Source: Minisyncoccota bacterium (GTDB lineage Bacteria; Patescibacteriota; Minisyncoccia; UBA6257; 2-01-FULL-56-20). From it: a DNA stretch of 64,000 nucleotides. The translations under genes were made by a program, and so were the position numbers. Location: positions 1,990-65,989 of the forward strand of contig JANWIW010000030.1 of the NCBI GenBank assembly GCA_025449695.1, read 5' to 3'. The notes under the pieces are model-generated. The model did not search any database. It had not been told where the DNA came from and saw only the letters and a program-made list of their open reading frames with translations. How positions within the stretch are numbered: position 1 is the first letter of the stretch; each line of letters begins with the position of its first letter. Shown piece after piece: positions 48,567 through 57,076 of this stretch.

Positions 48567-49286
48567 CTAGAACGGGGCGAACCGGACGGCGGCGAAGAGC
48601 ACGGCCACCCCAAGCACAGTCATGAAAGTCGTCCACATGGTCGGATGCCTGTGATGGCTCTCCGGGATCAGGTCGGATGCGCCGATATAAAGGAAGAACC
48701 CGCAAAAGAGGGCCAGAATGGGGCCGAGATACTGCTCCGGGACCTGGAAGAAAAGCGTGGCGAATGCCCCCAAGGCAGGCGCCAACGCGCCCACCAGGAG
48801 CCAGTGGAACGCACGGCGGCTCTCTCCTTTATTCTTCAGCACCATGTTCACCATGTTAATGCCGTCCGAAAAGTGATGCACCAGCACGGCGGTTGCGACC
48901 ACCGCGCCCACGGCGGCGGACACCTGGAAGGCCAGGCCTATGGCCAATCCGTCCAGGAACCTATGCAAGGAAATGCTGCTGGCGCCGATGGTGCCCCGGT
49001 GGTGATGCGAGCTTTCGTCTTCATCGTCATGAAAATGGAGGGTAATGTAGCGATCCACCATAAGATAAATAAGGAAACCTAACGCCATAATGGAAGTTAT
49101 CGTCGCCGGCTCGAAGAACGCACTGCCGAGTTCTATGGCCTCGGGCAGTAAGTCGAAGAAGGCAACGCCGATAACGACTCCGGCGCTGAATCCCATGATA
49201 AGGTGCAGCTTGTCCTTGAAGCGCAGGGCAAGAAGGCCACCAAGCAGGGTGAAGACGACCGTGGCAATGCCAATGATCACTACCAT
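48567..49286 (-). CDS. zupT: ZIP-family zinc transporter
   Basis: 8 TM helices with metal-binding motifs HHFSDGINMV and HNxxEG-like. Confidence 0.85.
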   Translation of the reverse strand: MVVIIGIATVVFTLLGGLLALRFKDKLHLIMGFSAGVVIGVAFFDLLPEAIELGSAFFEPATITSIMALGFLIYLMVDRYITLHFHDDEDESSHHHRGTIGASSISLHRFLDGLAIGLAFQVSAAVGAVVATAVLVHHFSDGINMVNMVLKNKGESRRAFHWLLVGALAPALGAFATLFFQVPEQYLGPILALFCGFFLYIGASDLIPESHHRHPTMWTTFMTVLGVAVLFAAVRFAPF

Positions 49287-49377
49287 GTCCCTTTATTCTA
49301 CCAGATGGCGGCAGGATGCGCAGATGAACTTTCCATGAGGCCGGCATCCTTGTCTTCCTCTTTTTGACGGGACTATA

Positions 49378-51141
49378 ATGAAGGCCTTTATGGAAAGACT
49401 TGTTTCACGCGCCGCCGGGCAAGGTTCTCTCGGCAAGGCGGCGGAACTCGCCAAGATACAAAAGGAAAAGGAGGTCCTGGAGGAACACCTGGAACGGCTG
49501 CAGCTCCTCGCGAACGCCACCAAGGTGCTGATCAGCGACGAGCTGGATTATGAGAAGCGCCTCAAGGACCTGGGCGAGGTAGTGGTGCCCGCTTTCGCGG
49601 ACTGGTGCGCCATCAACATCGTGCATGGCCGCCCTTCATACACGCTCGTGACCAGCGCCTCTCCGGAGAAACGGGCCATCGCGGAAGAGATCCAGCGCAA
49701 ATACCCTCCCCGCCCCGAGTCCACCTACGGCATCTCCGATGTCATCCGCCAAGCTGAGCCCCGGCTCTACGCCGCTCTTCCGGAGGACCTCATGCGCCAG
49801 ACGACCCAGAGCGAGGAGCATTATCAGCTCCTGAGGCAGCTGGGCATCGTCTCGGTCATCCTGGCGCCGCTCGTCGCCCGGGACCAGATCCTCGGCGGCA
49901 TCACTTTCGTCACCTCCGATTCCGGCCGCGTCTACACCGAAGCCGATCTGGATACGGCCGCCCAGTTGGCCAATAGCGCCGCCATATCGCTCGAGAACGC
50001 GCTTCTGCACCAGGAGCTCATGGAGGCCAACCGCGCCAAGGAAAAGTTCCTGGCAATGCTTGCCCACGAGCTCCGCAACCCGCTGACCCCCATTCGCAAC
50101 AGCCTGCCCATCCTGGCCGCGAAAGGCGACGACGACTACGAGGTGAAAGATATCGTGGACATCATGGACCGGCAGATCCGCACCATGAGCCGCCTCCTGG
50201 ATGATCTGTTCGACGTATCCCGCATCACCGAAGGCAAGATCCAATTCCAAATGGAAGGGATCGATCTCCTGGCCCTTGTCCAAAGCATCATCCAAAGCCG
50301 GCGGGCAGAGCTCGAAAAGAAGGGCTTCAAGTTCTCTGTCTACCTGGGCGAAGGGCCGCTCGTGATCATGGCCGATCGCGTCCGCGTCGAGCAAGTCATC
50401 GTGAACCTGTTGAACAACGCCGCCAAATATACCCCCTCCGGAGGGCACATCGCCCTCGAGTGCGGACGCGAGGGCGGCCAGGCGGTGATCCGGGTGCGCG
50501 ACACCGGCAAAGGCATCCCGCCGCACATGCTGAAGAAGATATTCCAGCTGTTCATCCAGGTGGACCAGTCCATCGACCGGCCAGAGGGCGGGCTCGGCCT
50601 GGGACTCACCCTTGTGCAGATACTCGTGGAGCACCATGGCGGAACCGTTCTCGCCCGGAGCGAAGGCGTGGGCAAAGGCAGCGAGTTCGTGGTCAGCCTG
50701 CCACTCGCCGTCTCTCCTCTCCCGAAGACCGCTGACCAGCATCCGAACCGGCTGGTGCAGGACTCCCCCCGGCGCATCCTTATCGTGGATGACAACGAGG
50801 ACGCGGCGAATTCCATCGGCAAGCTCCTGCGCAAATTCGGCCACGAGGTGCAGATCGCATACGACGGCATCGCTGCCCTCGAAGAGGCCAAGGCGTTCGC
50901 TCCGGAGGTGGTGCTCCTCGACCTGGGATTGCCCATCCTGGACGGCTACGAGACGGCCCGCAGGCTGCGGAGCGCGGTGCCGGACCGGAATAAGCTGCTT
51001 CTCATCGCCCTGTCCGGGTATGGGCAGGAAGAGGATCGCCGGCGCGCCATGGAGGCGGGGTTCGACCATCATCTGGTCAAGCCCTTCGACACGCACGAGC
51101 TGCGCGCGCTCCTGAACGCGTGGACCCCGGATCGCTCCTGA
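49378..51141 (+). CDS. hybrid sensor histidine kinase / response regulator (GAF-HisKA-HATPase-REC)
   Basis: H-box AHELRNPLTPI, HATPase G boxes and a C-terminal REC domain (ILIVDDNEDA...VVLLDLGLPILDG). Confidence 0.85.
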   Translation: MKAFMERLVSRAAGQGSLGKAAELAKIQKEKEVLEEHLERLQLLANATKVLISDELDYEKRLKDLGEVVVPAFADWCAINIVHGRPSYTLVTSASPEKRAIAEEIQRKYPPRPESTYGISDVIRQAEPRLYAALPEDLMRQTTQSEEHYQLLRQLGIVSVILAPLVARDQILGGITFVTSDSGRVYTEADLDTAAQLANSAAISLENALLHQELMEANRAKEKFLAMLAHELRNPLTPIRNSLPILAAKGDDDYEVKDIVDIMDRQIRTMSRLLDDLFDVSRITEGKIQFQMEGIDLLALVQSIIQSRRAELEKKGFKFSVYLGEGPLVIMADRVRVEQVIVNLLNNAAKYTPSGGHIALECGREGGQAVIRVRDTGKGIPPHMLKKIFQLFIQVDQSIDRPEGGLGLGLTLVQILVEHHGGTVLARSEGVGKGSEFVVSLPLAVSPLPKTADQHPNRLVQDSPRRILIVDDNEDAANSIGKLLRKFGHEVQIAYDGIAALEEAKAFAPEVVLLDLGLPILDGYETARRLRSAVPDRNKLLLIALSGYGQEEDRRRAMEAGFDHHLVKPFDTHELRALLNAWTPDRS

Positions 51142-51172
51142 TTGCGGCCGGGAACGGTTCCCAGTATCATAG

Positions 51173-52219
51173 ATGACTATGTATTCCGACCTTAAAGTCG
51201 CGGGCCCGAAGCGTGGCGAGATAGAGATAACCGGCCAGATACCTCCGGCTGACCTGGAAGGCTACTATACTCAGGTCCTGGAGGAAATGCGCAAGGATTT
51301 CTCGATGCCGGGGTTCCGCAAAGGCAATGTGCCGATGGAAACCTTCCAGCCCCACGCGAACCAGGGCCATGCCCTGGAGGAGGCGGCAGAGCTTGCCCTC
51401 GCGGACGCATATCCCGCGATCATAGAAGAGCGCGCCCTGGAGACGCTCGGACGGCCGGAAGTAACGATCACCAAGCTCGCCCTCGGCAATCCGATGGAAT
51501 TCAAGATAGTCGTCGGCGCAAGGCCGGTGATAAAGCTGCCGAACTATAAGAAGATCGCCGGCGAAGTCCGCGCTGCCCGGAAGCCCATGGAGGTGACCGA
51601 TGCCGACGTGGAAGAGGTCGTCACTTCGCTCCGCAAGCTGCGTGCGGCGCCTTCCGTGTCCCAAGATGCCAAGAAGGATGGTGCCCCCACGCCGGAAGAG
51701 CTGCCGGAGCTGACCGACGAATTCGTGCGTACCTTGGGAAGCTTCGAGACTATATTGGATTTCAAGGTCAAGCTGCGCGAGAACCTGAAGCTCGAGAAGG
51801 AAACCGAATCGAAGCGCGTCCTCAGAGAAGCGATTGCCGCCAAGCTCGCGGAGAGCGTAAAGATGGAGCTGCCGGAACGCTTCGTGGAAGGAGAAGCGGA
51901 GGCCATGTTCGAGCAGCTGCGGCACGATCTTGAGCACGCGAACCTCTCCCTGGAGGATTATCTGAAGCGTTCCAATACCACGGAAGAAACCGTCCGCAAG
52001 AGCCAGCGGGAATACGCCGAGCGGCAGATCAGGACGCGCCTGATCCTGGAGGAGGTCGCCAAGGCGGAATCCATCGAGCCGAACGCCGATGAGGTGCGGA
52101 TGGAGTCGGAACTCCTGCGCGAACGGAACCCGGAACTGGAACCGGAGCGCATCGCGCGATACGTCACGAACCTCCTGCGGAACGAGAAAGTGCTGGAATT
52201 TTTGGAAAAAGCAGAATAG
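51173..52219 (+). CDS. tig: trigger factor lacking the PPIase (FKBP) domain
   Basis: The N-terminal ribosome-binding domain carries the signature PGFRKGNVP. EVTDADVEEVVTSLRKLRA matches the linker, and the C-terminal arm domain is present. At 348 aa it has no room for an FKBP domain. Confidence 0.75.
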   Translation: MTMYSDLKVAGPKRGEIEITGQIPPADLEGYYTQVLEEMRKDFSMPGFRKGNVPMETFQPHANQGHALEEAAELALADAYPAIIEERALETLGRPEVTITKLALGNPMEFKIVVGARPVIKLPNYKKIAGEVRAARKPMEVTDADVEEVVTSLRKLRAAPSVSQDAKKDGAPTPEELPELTDEFVRTLGSFETILDFKVKLRENLKLEKETESKRVLREAIAAKLAESVKMELPERFVEGEAEAMFEQLRHDLEHANLSLEDYLKRSNTTEETVRKSQREYAERQIRTRLILEEVAKAESIEPNADEVRMESELLRERNPELEPERIARYVTNLLRNEKVLEFLEKAE

Positions 52220-52232
52220 GGAGATCGTGCCT

Positions 52233-52416
52233 GTCATCCCGGCCTTGCCGCCTTTTGGCACGGCTTCGCCAAGGGCGAGGCTTCCGTGAGAGGCGAGGCT
52301 CGCTTGAAGCAGCGCCTCCGGCGGGATACGAGACCCAAGCTTGTCATTCCGGCCTTGAGCCGGGATCCAGTATTTTCCTGGATCCCGGATAGCCCCGCTG
52401 GGCTTCCGGGATGACA
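52233..52416. repeat. MITE/REP-like repeat copy G (tandem composite of two elements)
   Basis: CTGTCATCCCGGCC...CAAGCT then TGTCATTCCGGCC...GGGCTTCCGGGATGACA. It is about 95% identical over 184 bp to copy H, which lies about 960 bp downstream. Confidence 0.85.
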
Positions 52417-52553
52417 AGGCCATTTCCAATCACGATTCAGTCATTAAGTATCTCATGGAAATTTCCTTGAAAGCGAGGAACGGGAATCCAGAGGCTCTCA
52501 AATCAAACTGCCCGACGCGAAGGCCGGGCAGCTGACTAATGCGTGGTTCGAAG

Positions 52554-53027
52554 TTACGACGGCCACGAGACGTCGGCGGCGGCGAGATAGTGGTCCAGAT
52601 CCTTCTGCGGGACCAGGCTCATCACGCCCTCGCGAAGGACATGAAGCTCTTCCCACACGGCCTGCACATTTCTGGGACCGAAATTCATCCGCTTCAACTT
52701 GGTCGAATACACTACGGTCCGGTTGCCATCCGTGCCATAGAATTGGCACTCTATCTCAATCCTCGATGCGGAATCGCTCCGAAACACGATCCACACGCAC
52801 TTCCGTCCCTCAAATTCGAAGCGATACCCTCCCGAGAGGCGGCTGTTCTGGACGAGATTGCCCTCACACGCGGTGACGTTGATGGCTTGAGACAGCTCGT
52901 CATGCAACAGATCGAACATCAGGGTCACCATGATGTTCACCTCGTTTCTCATCCTGTCGATCGCATATGCACCCCTGACGAGCTTGAGTGTGATCTCTCT
53001 ACTGTTGTTTCCGATCGCGACTTTCAT
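52554..53027 (-). CDS. hypothetical protein flanked by repeat copies G and H
   Basis: ORF 52554..53108; the likely start is MKVAIGNNSREITLKL. No family cue. Confidence 0.5.
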   Translation of the reverse strand: MKVAIGNNSREITLKLVRGAYAIDRMRNEVNIMVTLMFDLLHDELSQAINVTACEGNLVQNSRLSGGYRFEFEGRKCVWIVFRSDSASRIEIECQFYGTDGNRTVVYSTKLKRMNFGPRNVQAVWEELHVLREGVMSLVPQKDLDHYLAAADVSWPS

Positions 53028-53192
53028 TTCTGCCTCCAGAATGCCCCCTCGGGCTTTTAAGTCGTGATTGCTTTTTCTACCAAGCACACGCTTGGCTTCT
53101 CTTTGCATTATACAAATTTAGACTATATTTGTCAAACTTTAGCCTACCCTCCCGGCTTTGGCGCGCTACTTGCGTTGTAATCTGAAAGCATT

Positions 53193-53376
53193 GTCATCCC
53201 GGCCTTACCGCCTTTTGGCACGGCTTCGCCAAGGGCGAGGCTTCCGTGAGAGGCAAGGCTCTCTAGAAGCAGCGCCTCCGGCGGGATACGAGACCCAAGC
53301 TTGTCATTCAGGACTTGAGCCGGGATCCAGTATTTTCCTGGATCCCGGATAGCCCCGCTGGGCTTCCGGGATGACA
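53193..53376. repeat. MITE/REP-like repeat copy H
   Basis: Near-identical direct repeat of copy G. Confidence 0.85.
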
Positions 53377-53411
53377 AGGCTATCTCCGATCACCGTTACC
53401 TAGTTATTCTC

Positions 53412-53750
53412 TCATCGCGCAAACCGCTGCAGTTCCCGTACTATCTCTGCGGGTAAAGGATCTCCGGGCTTGGTCACCCCCGGGTATCGCCATGCGGACA
53501 CGACCCGGCGCTCGCCCGGACGCTCGGAGATCATGACCCATATCTCCTGCGTCCACTCGGCGGCCTTGCCGGCCACCGTTCGTCTCACCGAAGCAGGCTG
53601 CATCATCGCTACCGTGTCCTCGGCTATTCCCTCCTCGACGCGCTGGGGCGAATGGATGACCCGCCGCACCCGGGCCTCAGAAAGGCGGTATTGCCTCATT
53701 TTGGCCTGGCTATGCGCGGTCCAGACGAGCTTCTTCGAGGTGAACTTCAT
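53412..53750 (-). CDS. DUF4258-like small protein
   Basis: 112 aa. LVWTAHSQAKMRQYRLSEARVRRVI resembles the DUF4258 HAxxRMxxR core. Family assignment is from memory only. Confidence 0.45.
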   Translation of the reverse strand: MKFTSKKLVWTAHSQAKMRQYRLSEARVRRVIHSPQRVEEGIAEDTVAMMQPASVRRTVAGKAAEWTQEIWVMISERPGERRVVSAWRYPGVTKPGDPLPAEIVRELQRFAR

Positions 53751-53753
53751 CCC

Positions 53754-54581
53754 CTATACGCCGAGCCCCTGCGGCTCCTTGTCTGCTTTTGCATTTTTCA
53801 TTTTGGAAACCGGCCTAGCCTTTGCGCCTTCCTCTCTCGCTGCACGCGCTTCGAAATACGCGCAATGATCGCAATCCTTGCCCTTCGGCGGGATGATATC
53901 GGCGGCAAGCGCGGAGCGCAGCTTCAGGAGCACGCTCTCCACCCAGGTGTCATTCCCCGTATACGGGATCACTTTGATATCGAACTCCAATCTGGCGTCG
54001 AAAGCCTCCTTGTCGGCATTACCGTTGCAATAAACGAAATAACCCGTACTCGAGACCCTGAACCCGTTCCTGCGGAAAAGCCATTGATATATCTCCATCT
54101 GACGCTTATAGCCGTCCTGCCATTCCGCATCCAGGCTGACCTCCTGGCTCTTGGAAGTGGCTTTGTAATCAACGATGTGCAATTCGCCGGAGGGAGCGAC
54201 CCAGACATCGTCGATCCCGCCGCGCACCAGGAGATTGGTGGGTTCATGGAAATATCGTATCCCCCGCTTCAATGAATCCCGCCATTCATCAAGCCTCTCA
54301 TCCGCGTAGGGCACCGCGTCTATGCCATAGGCCTTCATGAGCGGATGAGCGGAACCTCTCGCGCGATGGACATCGAACTCTTTCTTGAGAAGAGTGTCCA
54401 CGGCAGTGTTCAGGCTGAACGGAAAGCCCGGCGGGCGGCCCGTCCCCAGGCGCTTATCCAGGTAAAAACAACGGGGGCAGTCTACAAATAAATCTATGCC
54501 GCTCCTGCTCACTATGAAAGGCTCGTCCGACGAGGGGTCGAAGATACCTCTCGTCTTTACGGGATTATAATATTTGCTCAT
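53754..54581 (-). CDS. PD-(D/E)XK nuclease, Cas4/RecB-like with Cys cluster
   Basis: Motif II/III GGIDDVWV...ELHIVDYKATSK. Cys pairs are near both termini (VDCPRCFYL, KDCDHCAY), consistent with a Cas4/AddB-type Fe-S site. Confidence 0.7.
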   Translation of the reverse strand: MSKYYNPVKTRGIFDPSSDEPFIVSRSGIDLFVDCPRCFYLDKRLGTGRPPGFPFSLNTAVDTLLKKEFDVHRARGSAHPLMKAYGIDAVPYADERLDEWRDSLKRGIRYFHEPTNLLVRGGIDDVWVAPSGELHIVDYKATSKSQEVSLDAEWQDGYKRQMEIYQWLFRRNGFRVSSTGYFVYCNGNADKEAFDARLEFDIKVIPYTGNDTWVESVLLKLRSALAADIIPPKGKDCDHCAYFEARAAREEGAKARPVSKMKNAKADKEPQGLGV

Positions 54582-54721
54582 CTTCGTAACATTTTCCCGC
54601 GAAACCAACGCGATTGCAATCAGCGGCAAAACGACTTCGATTGACCGGTTACTTAAGCTATGGCATAAATAGACCGGTTCAGGATCGGGCCTTATCCCGA
54701 AATACGAGCGGGGAGACAGAT

Positions 54722-55096
54722 ATGGAAGCTCATGAGATCCTTTTTGTCCTCATGGAGAGGCTTGTCGAAATCGCCCGTCGTCCTCTCGGACAACGGGAGG
54801 TGCGCTATGTGGCCCACAGCATCTCGTTCGAGATGACCGCCCTGCAGCACGAAGGCTCCTCCTTCTATGTGGGCGTGCGGCGCATTTCGGGCAGCGACCG
54901 GTCGGAGCTCTTGCTCTGGCCCGGCGAGCCCGCGCATGGACAAGAGATCCTTCAACTCTTGGCCGACGCGGGCGACGTGAGGGTCGATATGGTGGGCGCA
55001 ATGAAGGCCGGCGACCCGGCCTTCGCCGTAGCGGCCGCCATACTGGGGCGCCTGGCGATGCTCCGGCGGCAGGAAGCCGCGGCGTTCAGGACGTGA
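54722..55096 (+). CDS. hypothetical protein
   Basis: About 125 aa from MEAHEILFVLMERL. It is followed by a strong terminator hairpin. Confidence 0.4.
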   Translation: MEAHEILFVLMERLVEIARRPLGQREVRYVAHSISFEMTALQHEGSSFYVGVRRISGSDRSELLLWPGEPAHGQEILQLLADAGDVRVDMVGAMKAGDPAFAVAAAILGRLAMLRRQEAAAFRT

Positions 55097-55108
55097 CGCC
55101 GGATCAAT

Positions 55109-55150
55109 CGAACGTGCAGACCCCCCGTCTGCACGTTCCGCGTTTTCATG
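55109..55150 (+). terminator. rho-independent terminator-like hairpin
   Basis: GAACGTGCAGAC-CCCCC-GTCTGCACGTTC followed by CGCGTTTTCATG. Confidence 0.6.
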
Positions 55151-55265
55151 TGTATTCTTGCGGCATGGTCTGGCATGCGCTGGCCGGAATCGCTGATTAC
55201 CTACGGGAAATGCCTTAATGCAATCCTTCCGGAAGCAAGGGGAGAATTAAGCCAGGAGGTTCTCG

Positions 55266-55955
55266 ATGAACAGTTTGATTCGATGTGTTGCAATGTGTAC
55301 CGCGCTGCTTCTTACGCACTGCGGCACGAACTCGGCAGCCGCAGCGGCCTGGCGGATCGAAGAAGTCATGCCAAACCGGGACGGATACCTGTTCCGCATC
55401 GGCTGGACGGAACAGGATCTGAGCCATCATTTCTTCACTACAATCCAGGTGTCGCCGGAAGACGCGCAAGTCCTCTCCCGCAGCATGGGTGCGGCCGGGC
55501 CCACCGGCCTGCCCGGACGCGTCTTCGGAGGAGACGACGAGCTCGCGGAAGAGGCGCTCGGCCGGAAGATCTTCTTCGCCAAGCATCCGGACTATCGCCC
55601 CGTGCCGCCGCAAGCCATCTATGATCAAGCCGCAGCGGCCCTGGCCCTGATGGAATGCCCGGACCTTTCGAACCATGACCCGCGCGTGGTCGACGAGGCC
55701 TTCCGGGACGGCTACCGCGCCGGGACCGCGTGGGTCGAAAGCTTCGACAGGAAGGTCCGCGACCTGAGCGCCGGCAAGGTCTCGCTGAAGATGGCAGAGA
55801 ACCCGTACGTGCGGCCCCTCTTCGGCGACGTGCTCGTGCTCCAGGCTTCAAGCAACGGGACCGCGCTCCACGTGAGCATAGATCCCTTTCCGGACGGCCG
55901 CGCTTTCGGTTGTCCCGCCCATCCACCGCTCCCCGCATGCAACTGCCCGCAATAA
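55266..55955 (+). CDS. hypothetical secreted protein / possible lipoprotein
   Basis: Signal peptide with LLTHCG (imperfect lipobox); 229 aa. Confidence 0.6.
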   Translation: MNSLIRCVAMCTALLLTHCGTNSAAAAAWRIEEVMPNRDGYLFRIGWTEQDLSHHFFTTIQVSPEDAQVLSRSMGAAGPTGLPGRVFGGDDELAEEALGRKIFFAKHPDYRPVPPQAIYDQAAAALALMECPDLSNHDPRVVDEAFRDGYRAGTAWVESFDRKVRDLSAGKVSLKMAENPYVRPLFGDVLVLQASSNGTALHVSIDPFPDGRAFGCPAHPPLPACNCPQ

Positions 55956-55962
55956 TGGCACG

Positions 55963-55995
55963 CCGCGCTTCTCGCGCGGCGTTTCCTCACTGTGA
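55963..55995 (+). terminator. rho-independent terminator
   Basis: ACGCCGCGC-TTCT-GCGCGGCGT then TTCCTC...TTTCATT. Confidence 0.6.
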
Positions 55996-56178
55996 TTTCA
56001 TTGGAGAAGCGCATCATCCATAGAATATTCTGACGAAAGGTCGATCACCTAATCGGAATCGAATCACATGCCACGCCAGAACAGAGGCCGCTCTTCCAAG
56101 GCTAGATATCGTGGGCGCTCCAGCTCCTCTTCCAGCCGCTCCTCCGGCGAGAGCTCGGAGGATTAACGAGCCTTCCTC

Positions 56179-56210
56179 AGCGCGAAACCGGCCGTACGGC
56201 CGGTTTCGCG
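56179..56210. promoter_or_regulatory. perfect 15-bp-stem palindrome GCGCGAAACCGGCCG-TA-CGGCCGGTTTCGCGC
   Basis: Seen directly. It lies 70 nt upstream of the small membrane ORF 56281. Confidence 0.5.
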
Positions 56211-56280
56211 CATCATTCTCCCTTCACCGGCCTGTCGTCATAGTGCATACAAAGGCCGAAACCAAAAGACTAACCATCCC

Positions 56281-56526
56281 ATGGCTACAGTGATTCATGA
56301 AGAACCCGACCGGGAGATCGTGCACGAAGTCCACGAGCATCACGATGGCGGCGGATATGGCGGCGTGGTAAGCATGATCGTCGCCCTCGTTGTCCTCGCG
56401 ATAGTCCTCTTCTACGGCTTGCCTTACTTGCGCCGGGCCCTGTCCCGCGAGCAGCCCGCCGCGCCCGATACCATAAACGTCAACTTGAACGCGAACGTGC
56501 CCGATATGAACGGCGCGAACCCCTGA
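56281..56526 (+). CDS. small hypothetical membrane protein (81 aa)
   Basis: His/Glu-rich N-terminus followed by one TM (VVSMIVALVVLAIVLFYGL). Confidence 0.45.
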   Translation: MATVIHEEPDREIVHEVHEHHDGGGYGGVVSMIVALVVLAIVLFYGLPYLRRALSREQPAAPDTINVNLNANVPDMNGANP

Positions 56527-56579
56527 GCGCGGCGGCCGGCGGAAGATGCCCGGCAACTCTTGAAAGGGGTTCATGTATA

Positions 56580-57014
56580 ATGAACGGTATCATGGCCGGG
56601 CAGCACAACAAACAAGGGTTCGTCCAGGAGTTCAAAGAGTTCGCGGTTCGGGGCAGCGTCATGGATCTCGCGGTTGGCGTGATCATCGGCGGCGCGTTCG
56701 GCAAGATCGTCTCCTCGCTCGTCGCTGACGTGATCATGCCGCCCATCGGCATCCTTCTCGGCGGCGTCAATTTCGCGCAGCTGAAACATACCTTTCACCG
56801 CTTGGGACCGAACGGAGACCCGCTCACCTGGAACTATGGCGTATTCATCCAGAACGTAGTGGATTTCCTGATCATCGCTCTGGTGGTCTTTTTCATGGTC
56901 AAGGCGGTGAACAGGATAAAACGAAAGCAGCCCGCACCGGCAAAGCCGGCGGAGCTCACCGCGGAAGCAAAACTGCTGAGCGAAATACGCGACCTGCTGC
57001 AGGGAAAAAGGTAA
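56580..57014 (+). CDS. mscL: large-conductance mechanosensitive channel
   Basis: EFKEFAVRGSVMDLAVGVIIGGAFGKIVSSLVADVIMPPIG is the MscL TM1 signature. Confidence 0.9.
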   Translation: MNGIMAGQHNKQGFVQEFKEFAVRGSVMDLAVGVIIGGAFGKIVSSLVADVIMPPIGILLGGVNFAQLKHTFHRLGPNGDPLTWNYGVFIQNVVDFLIIALVVFFMVKAVNRIKRKQPAPAKPAELTAEAKLLSEIRDLLQGKR

Positions 57015-57076
57015 CCGGTCATTAGGAGATAACGAGCCCTACCTCATTACTATTTACCAATTACTGATTCCTCTCT

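Noticed and set aside
49636-51096. 486-aa minus-strand ORF
   Set aside because: Antisense to the hybrid histidine kinase, which has clear H-box, HATPase and REC motifs.
51167-52429. 420-aa minus-strand ORF
   Set aside because: Antisense to trigger factor.
56068-56166. 32-aa Arg/Ser-rich micro-ORF (MPRQNRGRSSKARYRGRSSSSSSRSSGESSED)
   Set aside because: Low-complexity reading of GC-rich intergenic DNA between two terminator/palindrome structures; no RBS.
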